Source of the DNA: Lepidodermella squamata
Lineage: Eukaryota; Animalia; Gastrotricha
Direction of reading: 5' to 3'
NCBI GenBank assembly: GCA_047495785.1
Contig: JBLDXI010000015.1
Location: 3,286,001-3,350,000, forward strand
Length of the DNA: 64,000 nucleotides
Of the stretch, positions 45,479 to 57,800 are shown piece after piece (position 1 is the first letter of the stretch; every line of letters begins with the position of its first letter). The position numbers and the translations under genes are program-made. The notes below the pieces were generated by a model. The model worked only from the letters and a program-made list of their open reading frames with translations. It ran no database searches and was not told the origin of the DNA.

Positions 45479-45999
45479 TATTTCGGCGTTGATTCTTTAG
45501 GTGGCTCGGCGGTTTTTTCAATATTGCGCCTTTGCCTCATTATATCAGCTAATTCCTTCAATTGCTGCTTTTTCCTCTCATCCAACTCGCGAAGTTCTGC
45601 CTTTAGTGCATCTTTATCAACAGGTGGTTTTTCGATCTTCTCTTCAATTTTCGCAGTTTCAACCACGGGGGGTGGGGAATTTTTCATTTTATAACGTTCT
45701 CGCAGTGAATTGTCCAGTGTTTCAGCCAATTCAAACATTTTCCGCAGATTTGGCTCATCGATTTTGATGCGCTTCCGAAAATCCATCGCTATTTTTACGT
45801 AACGCATCAGATAGATGTAGGCCATCTCGTGATCGCCGTCTAACCGCGCCACATTTGCGCGTTTCTCAAGTTCTAGCAACGTACCCTCGAATTTTTCAAC
45901 TGAGGGCGATCGGAATTCGGTCAGTTTTTGCAGGTCGTCGAACGATGGCGCCATGTACAGGTCACGCGGTTGTCCGGCATTACTCAACGACCAACTCAT
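45478..45999 (-). CDS. Stand-alone USP8 N-terminal MIT/dimerisation domain + coiled coil (173 aa)
   Basis: PRDLY...LQKLTE...RLDGDHEMAYIYLMRY...AETLDNSLRERY parallels the recalled human USP8 N-terminus (PKELY...LNKKTE...RLDRDEERAYVLYMKY...AERLSESLKLRY). No rhodanese or USP domain follows. Confidence 0.8.
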   Translation of the reverse strand: MSWSLSNAGQPRDLYMAPSFDDLQKLTEFRSPSVEKFEGTLLELEKRANVARLDGDHEMAYIYLMRYVKIAMDFRKRIKIDEPNLRKMFELAETLDNSLRERYKMKNSPPPVVETAKIEEKIEKPPVDKDALKAELRELDERKKQQLKELADIMRQRRNIEKTAEPPKESTPK

Positions 46000-46175
46000 T
46001 ATGTACAGATGAAAAATTCTAAAACGAGAAATTTTGCAGTTTTATCATTATATTTTGATCGATTCTTCCTTTTTCTTTTTCATTTCAACTTTGAAATTTC
46101 AATTTCAAATGTACAAAAATTGATGTGTGAATGTAAATTGGAGACGACGAGTTTTAGAGAGTTAAGAGAGATAAG

Positions 46176-46272
46176 AGAACAAGCGAGTGTTTCATTACAG
46201 TCCGGATTTTTCAAGAAAAATTCAACAAATTAAGCGAAGGATATGGCATTATATTTCATTTTCTCCTATTTC
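46176..46272. repeat. 97-bp direct repeat, right copy
   Basis: Matches 45382-45478. Confidence 0.92.
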
Positions 46273-46904
46273 AATTCAAATAATTTTGTGAATGTTGGAA
46301 AATTTTGAGAAAAATCCGGACAGTAAATTCCAACATGAAGAGTTCGAAGTAGGCTCAAACAAACAATCAAAGCATGGCATTATTACTCGATATACCGAGA
46401 CGAGGCCTTGATTTCTAATTAGCGGAATTAGTTTCATTTGAGAAAGATGAAAGGCGCAAAGTTCTCAATTTTATTGAAAACTATGTATGCTATATGGAAA
46501 AAGCAGCATCTTCAACTGTTGGGGTGGGTGATGACCATTCTTCGCCTGCCTTCGCCCTCAAAACCGGAACTTGTGGATTTAATGCTTGCCACAGCGCGAA
46601 CGCGTGCCGTCAAATTGTTTATAAACACCTGATTTCAATAACGGATGAACGTGTATACAGCAAGCTGCTGTCGATCTCAAATAATTGTTAATTTTTTGTA
46701 CATCTACTTGACTCTTGAATTCTGAACAGGACCGAATAATCATGACTTGTTGCTACCTTTTTTCTCATTGACAATTTTTTATAACCGAGCTCTCAACTGT
46801 GGGATAAATGCTCTTAGATAAATAAATAAATAAATAATAACGGCATAGACGTTATAAAGTCATGGAGAGGAAAAAAAACTATTATTATTATTATTATTTT
46901 AAGA

Positions 46905-47010
46905 TTTTTTGCGGGTGATAGGTAATCATTTTTAGCTAGCAATAGAAACCATGGAATGACATTTCATTTTTCTATGGCTAGCTCTAAACTGATAATGCCC
47001 CGAAAAAAAT
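46905..47010. repeat. Imperfect palindrome, probably a foldback remnant
   Basis: agctagcaatagaaaccatggaatg-a-catttcatttttctatggctagct with weaker flanking symmetry. Confidence 0.55.
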
Positions 47011-48912
47011 CACCGCAATTCATCTAAAGCATGAATTAGTTTTTATAAATTAGGGTGATTTTTCGTTTTTGAGCAGATCAATTTTGAAAATCGGTGAAAT
47101 AGGATACTCACAGGGCCCTGGTTGAGAATTTCACAAGCTAAATCCCTAATTTTTATCGACGCAATTCGGGGGATTTTTTTCTAGTGCTAGACACTTCTAG
47201 ATTTAAGGCTGACAAAGGTGCTATAAGATAAAATTTTCCTATGGAAAACTTTACGCTTGCTCAAATCGCTTTGACAAGCACTGCAACTTTCCAAACCCCT
47301 CTAGATATTCCTTGAAGCGTCAAGCATTCGCAACGTTAAGGTTTCAAGGTAGGTCCTATAAATTTTGAATCCGCTAAAGAATATTCTCCCAGTGTAAGGC
47401 AACAATTAGGAGAACCTGCAAACAAAATAATAAGAAGACTCTTCTGTCTATTCGAATATGTCTATTCAATCGCCTTGATTTGGGCTAAGGGGTCAACCTA
47501 AAAATGTGTTTTCGAATAATTGGCAGCTAATATATAGTTGGGGGAACAACTGCAGTGGCTGCGCCCCAGCCACAAGCGGAGGTGTGAAATAAGTGTGATC
47601 CCTTGGCCCAAAAAATGTTAGCAATCGCTGACCGCTGTATGCAATCCCTTAGCATGGATAGTTGTAGGTCTGAGTTGGGTTGAGTTGTAGGTTGGCCTCT
47701 GCATAATGTCTTGGCACAAGTTTTGGCACAATTTTTTGCCTGCTCTGAGTTATAGGAGGGGTTTGTTCTCAGCATGGCTATATGGGCGATTCATAAGGAA
47801 GTACAAAGATACCAAGTTCATTTATACGATGAAGCCAACGGGGAAGGTGAAAAGGTAAACATCGCTCGCGTTCTATCTGCTGTTCGCCGGGCGACTGTCC
47901 GCGGCGGGGATACGGCGCAGTTTCTTGGGTAACAAAAAAAATAGCGGGTAACTCAATTTTATTCACATAAGTCCACAATAAATTTCAATTGCAATTTAAT
48001 TTTGAATTTTGAAACAAAATACCTATACATTTTGGATGCTGGCGTTTGAAAAAATGATCACCACAGCGGTGTTGTTATCACACCTCCGCTTCACTATTTT
48101 AATTTTTATTTATCTCATTTGCATTTGGGACCGAAATAGGGTAAGTCTCCACCCAAAAAACGATGAGCCCGATTTCAAGCGATCAAGCGATTGGGTGAGT
48201 GAGCATGAGAAAAGGCTGCTGAAAAGTATAGGAAAGTGCATATCCGGTATTTGGAATTTAGGGGATACGGGATCCAGAGTAATTATGACTTGGATTTCCT
48301 GTGGAATCAAGCTAAGCCCTCATTGGAAAAAATATTTTTCGCCAGCCTCCTGGGCTGCTTTATGCTTTCTATCCCCTAGTGTGAGAAAAGTATCTTAGAC
48401 TTTTAGTTGAGTTAATGGCCTTATAAAATCCAGTTTGCGTCACACTGGTGGTAAATAAGGCTGGCGAGAGACACGCCCTTCAAAACTGGTTTATTTGCTA
48501 TCTCACTAAAAATGGCTACCATTAGCCTCTTTTCCAGTGTACTCAGCTCCTACTGCTCTGGGCGTGTAATATATATCCCTTGAGAATGACTCAGCCCATT
48601 ATTTGCAGCAGGTAAAAGTAAAAATCCTGTTTATTCATGCGTGTATTTTACGCGTTAATATGTCACCCTCGACTGTAATATATAATGTGTATAGAAGACA
48701 TATAACATGACGTAACGTAAGTTTATCAAGCAGAAAGCCTACTTTTTTGATATGTTGTAACAAGCACTGCACGTAGTTGCAAAAAATCGACGTCATATAC
48801 TTGTTGTTCAGAGTTTTGATGCATTTGCAGGTCAGAAAAAACAGTTTAGGCTTCCTAGTATTACAACAAGAAATCTTCACCCTGCTGTTAAAACAATTCT
48901 TCTAATCTCAAC

Positions 48913-49422
48913 ATGGACCAGCCAAGGTTGGTCAATATCAGCCTAGCTGTAAGTAACTTCAGCAATCAAACTTTGACGACGGTTGTGCGGAACAATTCGA
49001 AGCTTTCGACCGATAAAGATGATGACGCAGGCGGTTTGGACAATGCTATTATTATGGCTATTGCCTTTACTTCAGCAGTTTTTCTCGGACTTCACTTTAT
49101 CGCCGTCACTTTTATGGTGAAAGGCTGTCGCAGGTGCTGCAGGAAAAGAAAATCCGAAGCTGATGATGAAGCAGCTCAAAGCGGACGGCGAACTCGAAGG
49201 TCTAATAGGAACCAGTCTAAGGAGTGCAGATTTTTTCAGATTTTTTGTCCTCGGCGGGGAAGAATCTCACCATCGGGTCAAGATGAAAGGCAGATTCCTC
49301 CACCTGTGATACTTCGAACAATTTCAGGAGCTTTTCATGCTTCAATCAATCACCCTTCATCACTTCCTCCGCCTTCCTACGAAGAAGTTATGAAGACTCT
49401 CAGACTCGTTCCACCTTCATGA
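48913..49422 (+). CDS. Intronless single-pass membrane protein with PPxY motif, paralog 2
   Basis: Four N-terminal sequons, TM AIIMAIAFTSAVFLGLHFIAVTFMV, CRRCC, FFQIFC, PPPSYEEVM. Confidence 0.8.
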   Translation: MDQPRLVNISLAVSNFSNQTLTTVVRNNSKLSTDKDDDAGGLDNAIIMAIAFTSAVFLGLHFIAVTFMVKGCRRCCRKRKSEADDEAAQSGRRTRRSNRNQSKECRFFQIFCPRRGRISPSGQDERQIPPPVILRTISGAFHASINHPSSLPPPSYEEVMKTLRLVPPS

Positions 49423-52400
49423 AATATAAGTCACTTTCAAAAAATCATGAGCTGCTTTATATTAGTGCAAATGTATAATTTTACGGCTACAAAAAAATAA
49501 ATAACATTGAATTTTGGTCGATGTCAGGTGCGCTGTTTATTTTATTTTGTTTACGAGTGTTCCTGATCAATTTTTGATTCAATTCGATGAATTACACACC
49601 TGCCGTAGGCGGCTTACCTTCCTGCTTCCTGTTGTTTACAGGGCGGGTGAATGTTCATATCGCATGGCCCGATCAAGTGATAAACAAAACAACGCTTTGC
49701 ACCCAAGTTCGGGTCTGCAAACTGGAGGCGCAGAAAATGTGTCTAGCCTATGAGAAAATTTGAACGTTATTATCGTAAAAATTTTAATCTATAGCTTTTT
49801 ATTCTTATTCTACTTGAGATATACCGCCGGCACACGCCATACGTTAGTAAGCTCTTCAGAACAAATGGCGGGGCGTGATATGAGATGATGGCTCTATACG
49901 TGGGTTCTGAGATGCTGAAATTTTCACCTAAAAATGGTCGAATAAGCACTTGTTTCGGCTGTATTGTTCTCTCGAGTGCTAATTATATACCTTTTTTCCT
50001 CACAGTTTTTTTTATTTTTCAAAGTGAAAATTGCGGGTCACATTTTGCGATTATTTGTGTTCCGTTCCATTGTAATTATTCTCTCGAGTCATTATCTCTT
50101 TTTTATTGCAGTCGACAAGACGAAATTTAGAGTTTTTTCTCAGGTATAATAGCCACAAAGCGGCACATCTTTTTGTTTTTGCCGCGACAAAGTATTCAAT
50201 ACAGTCGAGTTATAAAGTTACCACTTAGCCATGAAACATCTAAAACAAACACAGCAGTAGTCGCGCTTTTGTGCGAAAAAGTCGCAGTTTCAAAAACAAC
50301 ACGAACAAAAAATAGTAGCTCGTTATGAGAAGATCCGCATGCATACACAAAGCTCGCAAGATTGTTCTTTTCTTCTCTACCCGTGTGATGGATGGTGAGA
50401 TGATGATGATGGTGGTTTTCTCAGCAAACACGACACTGACCCGTAGGTATGGCTGAAAAAATTTGCTCACGTTTTTCGCGCTCCATGGCCGAAAAAATGC
50501 CCACCTTAAAAATCGACGGGCGTATTTTTCACGGCCGGCTTTTGTCTCACTCTGTGCGTGAGCGCATGTTACTATGTATGCATGTAACCGAGACTTTGAT
50601 GTCTACGCGCCGTCATCAGGTAAACAAAAAAAGCGCGCAGTTCACGCTTTATTTGCGCTGCCCGCCTTAATATTGCTGCGCGTATAATCGCCACCGTCTC
50701 TTGAGCTTGTTTCTTCTTCTGTGTCTTCTAGTGGGCTTGTCGCGTATTAGCCTGTTTTATTGTTATTTATTATTACCCATTACCCGCACTGTATACCACA
50801 AGGCTGCCGAGCCGAAGACCTGCGCCTCAAGTCCGTGACACGATCTTGTTTATTCCGGATTTACGTGTTTGCTAATTTGCTTACTCGCCGGCCTTGTTGG
50901 CCTACCTGCTCGTTGCAAAAAGACCAGTTTCCGGCACCGCCTAGGCCTCCCCCGTATATTACTGGCTATATTACGTCAACAAACAGCTCTAGATTTGTTA
51001 CTCTTGAGAAAACAGGTAAAATGGCGGTCATTTGGCTTGCAGCAGCTCTTGGGCTATGTATAATTAAGTTATCAAAACGGTTCTTGGTCATGACGTTCCG
51101 TACGTGTGCCTGGAAATGATGCCAACAACCGACAACAACAGCGGCCCCTTTGACTTGCCTTTTGATGTCTTTTGATAGGCTCTTCATTTCAAGAACTGAC
51201 TCTAAAATACGCTTCGCCTTTCCATGCCAACAGACATTACTTTTCATGGGACACGCAAATTCAACGAGGCTTTTTTCGTAAACCTTCTGGAACTATTAAG
51301 GTGGAAATATTCTGCCTCAATTCTCAACGTTCGTCAAAATATTCATGAATTTCTAAGCTGCGAGTAGTGTTTGCATTTTGCATAAGGTTTTAAGGAGTAG
51401 AAGAGCCTCAGGTTATTTATGCTGCCGAAAATGTGCGCGCCCAGTCATCGAAAGAGATGAGGGACAAAAACTATATAGCGTACATTATTAAATTACCGCA
51501 AAATTTGCGCGCATAAGTATCGCGCGCTCGTAAACACAAATTCTTGCGGCCTTAAAACACGATTCGCCTAAAAAGTGGGCGCATCGCACGCACCAGAACT
51601 AAAACGATGCTAACATTATCACCAAACAACTTGTAGTAGTAATCGTTTCAGAGCCTCCTTAATTAATTTAGCGTCCGTTTTATTGCTATCGCGTTGTCAA
51701 CTCAAGTGACCGCGCGCGCAAAAACCCACTGCAACGATTTAATCGCCTCGAAATAAATGCGCGATTTTCCTCAGGCCTCTTATCCCACCTTTGACCGGTT
51801 ATTTTCTTACGTATATTATACGCTTCGTTTACAACTGCGACATATCGTGCCTAATGGGCACAGATAGCCCGTTGCGCGTCCGCATGAGCGCATCTTCAGT
51901 AGCTATTATTATAAATTTTGGACGGGTTAAATTTGGTTGTCGCGAGTGGTGGTGGTGGTGATAATTATCGACGCGTGTTCTCATTCTTTAGCGCTCCGCG
52001 TGGCCTCGGATGGGGTCGCTGAACGTTTAACGGCAACGGCAAGTCTTTAATTTGACTCGAGAATTATAATAATTTAACTTGTACGCCAACGTCATTGTAA
52101 TAACCGCCAAAATTAAGCAAGTCGTGTGAAAAATTTCTGGCAGAAATTATTTCAGGTTAATTAGTCACGTGTGCGTACACCACCAGGTAGTAGTAGTAGT
52201 AAACGGCCTCGATTTTTCTAGTGTAGCACAGCCACCACAATATCCGCGTCAAAATAATTATGCGGTTCCGCGTTTATGAGATCGGCAACGCTCATTTTTC
52301 TTGTTAATTACAAGTGGCGTTTCCACTCGACGTTATGCCATTTTATTTACCGCCGCAGCTATCTCTAATATCGGAATGTTGCTAGTAATAGCTGCGATGA

Positions 52401-54853
52401 CATAGGCGCTACTTTGTCCATGTTGTTTATTTATTTATTTTAGCCATTTATTTTCAGGTTTTTATTGTTATTACTCTTCACTTTTATTTATGTACGTCGC
52501 GGCTTATCGCTTCCGTGCACGCAAACGGGCTATGAAACAAGGGACCAAAACCGCCACCCGCCCTCGCGCTCTTTCGGTCGAAAACCACGAACAGGTTTGT
52601 AGCGGCGGCGACTGTCTTCCGCGCCGTTAGAAAACACACATTACGACGGACGTGGTGTGTGAAATATATCGTGTTTTCAACGCGCTGCGCTGATTGTGCG
52701 TGCGCGGAAACACGCGCGCTCCGGTATAAAAATCCTCGACCACTCGATGCGCACCCGTCGCGCTTTGTCGGCGCGGCTAACAACTAACAACAACAATAAA
52801 TAATATTATTATAATATAATTAATAAATAAAAGCCCGTTAGCGACACAACGAGGCGACCACTCCGCGCCCACCTAAGTAATTACACTGCTTTTTGCGGCG
52901 CGCGCGGGTAGATTTTTGTTGAGATTACATTGTAATTTCTATTTAGCTGTGTCCGTCACTTATTGCTTCGCCCGCTGTTGTAGCTGTGGCTTATCTTCAT
53001 TACAAATGTCGTGTTGTTTTGTAATCCGCGCCTATCGGTACAATGCCGAGGTGCGCATTGTTTCACGTTTCAATCCGCAACTTCCGCTCCAAAAATATCC
53101 TTTTACCTGAGAACCGGCATCTGGTTATCCGATTTTTTCCCGAATTTTCTCTTTATCCGCCAATTTTTTTTATTGAAAAATCAGCGCTATTCATTATTCT
53201 TGTTTATCTGTGATGAACAATTTTCTGCGATAAATTGTTTGTTTACCTCGACTTGTCAATTAAATAATGCCTGTCACGCGTCTTTAACAATTTTCCGCCA
53301 ATAGTAATTTGTTGGTATCACGTAAAATAATATCATCATTATTTTCGTATTTTCTGTAAATATTTACGCCTAAATCCTGCTATTAATATGAGAGCGCGCG
53401 CGCGGTATATATGCGCGAATTTATTTGTTTTCGCGCGCGCGCGGATAAAAATTGACAGGCGCGGGTGATTTCACGCGGCCAAATCGTGTGATTTATTTTT
53501 ATATCGCGACCAACGTATATTTCATTACGCATTAGGAACTTGCCTGTTTGCTTAAGGAAAATAAATGTTGAGCTAAGCCGTGAGGTCATTCGGCTGAAAA
53601 ATGACTGGTCCGAGCCGCCTGGGACCAACCAACTCTTGGGTAGTAGTAATAGTAGTATTTTAGCGCTTTGTCTTTTTTGTTTACCCCAGTCGCTCTTTTT
53701 GTCACTGCGTCGGCTTGAGTGGCCACTCTGAAAATTTCATGTCGATATAATCTATTGGGATCTCTCGCGCTTTCTGCTGCGGCTAGATGGTATAATAATA
53801 ACAAAAATAAATAGTAGGAGTCAATCTGCCGGCTTCAAGGGACATTAGGTTTCTAATATGTGTGGTGGCTCGACAATAAAACATCAGCTGTTACGCCCGG
53901 CGCCTGGCTCTTTTTTTTATGATAGAGCCCATTATAGGATTTTCCGAGTGCTTTCTCTACCCGCGATCACGTCCCTGCGATACATACCGAGGCTAAAAAA
54001 TGATGAAGGATCTGAGAATCCTGAAGTTTCATCTGCCTTAATTTAAGCCCCGGGAGTATTTTCAAGCTTTCGAAATTTTACGTTTTACTCTACACGCCTT
54101 GTTTTTTTTGCTTATCTTGCTCATTAAGCCATTAGGGCATATGTTTAACAAGTTGTAGGGTGTCCACTCGCGCGATGAAAACAGGTGGTTAAAGCGCGCA
54201 TTATCTCACTAGTCATCAAGCACCGCCAGTTAAGTGTCAAATGATACCGGAACCCTTGGATAAGTCTTTTTCGTGGCTTATTAGCAAAAAAAATTTACAT
54301 TATTTTAGATGCATTTCATGTATTTTTGTTTAATAGTTTTAATTTTGTGGTTAGGAACTTTTTCCAGTTTTTTCACCGAGTAATTTTGATTTCCTGAGAA
54401 TTAATAACTTATTTTGATGATCTAAGGGTGTTATTTACTCTGACTTGACAAGTGCGACAACTTGACGCTCATATAATTTATGGCTATCAAGTTAACGTTG
54501 TCATCTTCACTTGACTCGACTTCATACGTTGGCAAATAAAAAAAAGAAGTGTGTGTGTTACCTGTTGCGCGCGCGCCTGGCACGTCGCTCAAAACAAGAG
54601 CAGGAATTTAGCCACTTATCCCGCTGTTAAAAAGTCTTCAAGTGTGCTGTTATACCTTCTTATCTACTCTCATGATTACTGTTCACATTTTTAAATAGGA
54701 TTATTATCACGATGAAGATGAGATATGCCGTGCAGTTGCAACTGCAGTGTTAACACCACCGGCTGTGTTGCAAGTGTAACGGTTTCTAACTAGATGGCAT
54801 TCGGCATAGAAGTTGTTACGCTTTCGATATAAGTACTGTCGCGGATCTATAAA

Positions 54854-57800
54854 ATGGCCCATCGATATCAGCAGCAGGCGCAGACGCAATCTCAGCCGCA
54901 AATGATCGTAATGATGCACCCGAGTCGCGGATACAGCAACACCGCGCATTACCAGCAACAGCCTTATCAGGCCAACCGATCGACTCGAAACCCGGGCCTG
55001 TCGCTCGCGGGTTTATCTTCTCCGGCATTGTCGGCCAAGTGTAACGCCAATAGTAATATTCCTCGCAGCAATTTGAACTCGATCGCCAGCCCGGCTACTA
55101 GCTCCTCCGCCTCATCCGCTGATCAGCAACGTGTGCGCGCCCTTCAACTCGCGCAATTGCAACAACGCTCAGCCGCCGCGGCCCGACTCGCCCAACCGCA
55201 ACAAAGCGCACCCGACTACTACCGCGTGAACCCGACGCCGCTCCGCAGTCAGCAATCAGCTGATATCAACCCCTGGATCTCGTCATTCGCCCACGCCAGC
55301 AACAAACCAGGTAAGAAGATCTTCCTTATATACTCCTATCCGTAATTACGCAACGCTGATTCATCTAAATACTCAACTCACCTTCCGGCTCGTTTCACAT
55401 ATTATTGCGTACCTATATAAAACGATAGCCAGAAGCCGCCGGGCCCGCACCTAAGAAACATGGAACCCAGCCGTTACCAATTTACAGCCGCCTCTGGTTT
55501 TGCGTTTTATTATGATATTGATAAATCGAACCGCTCATCTCTTGCGCGCTTTTCAATGCATTGCGCTACACGCGTGGAAACTGTGCCCGCGCGCGGGGCC
55601 GGCAAAAAACCCGCAAAATAATATTACCTTTCGAACCGCGCCAATGGTTATTCATCGTGCGATCATTAATCCTGCTGTTTATTGACGCGTTCATTTCGCT
55701 GTTTTCTAGTATCGTTACTAACAATTTGACCAAAGTAATGTATCTCGCCAACATATTGCTATAGTCTGCAAACAGTTGATCGCAAATTTGATTAAGATCT
55801 AGGCGAGTAATATCCCAAATCCAAAGAGAAATCGCTATTATTTGCTCTTATTCAACAATTAGCTAAATTAATTAAATTTTAATTGAATTTTATCGAAAAG
55901 CATTTTGGCCTTAACCATATAGGTTACATCTCATTCCATAGTCTAGAATCGGTTTTTTATAAACACCCTATTTATTTGCTGAAAGGCTTTTCTAGTTATT
56001 TGTTGCCAGATCCCACTCTAGTGGAGAAGATATATATTTTGTAAGATCTTTTCCAATAAGATAGCTGGGTGCAATCAATTGTAGCTAGTTTTTTTTATGG
56101 AAATTAATAAATCCGCCGTTAAAATTTATCGCTGCAGTAACCATCAAAACTGAAAAAACTGCGCAGAATAATAACTTTCTGCGTTTCGGACGCGCGCCCT
56201 ATTTTTGTTTCTGGCGAGTTTACATCGCGTGTTTTTTGGTACGAGTGCAGAGCGTTGCGCATTGATAACTTGAGAGGCGGCTAGCGAGTGCTCTTCACAT
56301 GTAGCTTTTGTTACGCCGTCGCGTTCTTTGTGCGCACGCGCTATGATAATTCATTTACGACACTTACAACACCTGGTCATGCGTGATAGGCATCGTATAT
56401 CCTGGCCGGTTTTTCTACCGCTGCCGAGCCCGCAGCGCTGGTTCTGCCTTGCCAGTGAGGTATGCTGGGATGAGCTGGTTTTCTGGTATGCGCAGTCTGG
56501 CGCCCCCGCGCTCGCCAGTTCGTCTGACCACGTCCGCGTGTGACAGGCAGTTTGACAACGCCTTTGCCGTAGTAATTCCGTTTCCTCATCTCTGATAAAC
56601 ACACATGCTATAGCCACTTCACCTCGTATGCGTAAATTACGGGCAAAAGTAGTGTATGAAGACACCCCATCGCCGGGCTCGTCAAATAGCGCACATCACG
56701 ATCACCGCCGCCGCCTTGGATAATAAAAAGACCGGCTATGATACGCGCCGGTCCCAAACAGCGTGCTTATAGGAATGCTGAGGTGCATAAATAACCAGTT
56801 GCTTGAAAAGACAACCATTATTTTAGGCCCGCCTATCATCGCCTCATCGTAGCTTTTATATCTTTGTTGTTGTTTTGTTGATGATGACGACGATAAGATG
56901 GTGCCGCGTTTTGTGCGCTCATCCCTCAAATTACTGCAATAATTACAACCGCATGTAATAAAATAGTGCGGAAATAAAGCGCGCCGCCTTAATTATATTA
57001 TATTATACTATTTTTGCGTGTGGCAGTTTTATGCTCAGCTAAAAGGTTGTAATCGCTTTTGTTACGACCGGCGTTTAAATAATAGGGACTGTCAAATAAA
57101 ATTATTTACCATCATCACAGCCGCCGATGGATTCCGTCTCCTTTCTTTGGTATATTTATACCTCCCTTATGCGCTTTGCTGCCTTTTATTCCGAACACTG
57201 GCCAGGATCGTAATCATCATCATTATTTTAGGATGTTATTCTCGCCCATTATCTGCTTGCCATTGTGCTTCGCATGAGGCAGCCCACCGCAAAATAATTA
57301 ATGCAGGTCAAATGAACGTTTCTTATTGGGGGCCCGTTTCTTCTGTAACTTTTTTTAATGACGGCATTTTTTGGCTCAAGTTTACAGACTGCCAATTTGC
57401 ATAATTATGCTAATTAATGTTCGAAATTCACGCCCATTTTATGCGTTTTTCGCACTATATCGCACTACTTTTGTTAGTTTCTCACCTGTGTAATGACCAC
57501 CAGACCGCAAGTTAATATAAAACGGCTATAACGTGAGACTGAATTAAGCTAGACTGGTCCCTGGAATACCTGAAGTCGTTTTTTTCTACAAAATTTACCA
57601 CTTTATTTTATTTGAATTTTGGATGATTAATGAATGCTATTTTTTCCTCTATAGCTTATAATTTGGCGAAACCAACTTATCAAAACTTTCAAGAAGTTGC
57701 TCAGTCACTGAAAGCCGCAAGTAACCGCGGATCAACGCCTAAGCAGCCGCAAATGGCAGCGAAGGCCCAACCACAACAACAGCAACAGTTGCAAGTTAAT

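Noticed and set aside
46934-46985. Pre-miRNA-like hairpin
   Set aside because: One-nucleotide loop and extended flanking symmetry fit a foldback element better.
49500-54700. Short ORFs upstream of the disordered-protein gene (likewise 61-64 kb)
   Set aside because: No motifs, no consistent exon chain, and many need non-ATG starts.
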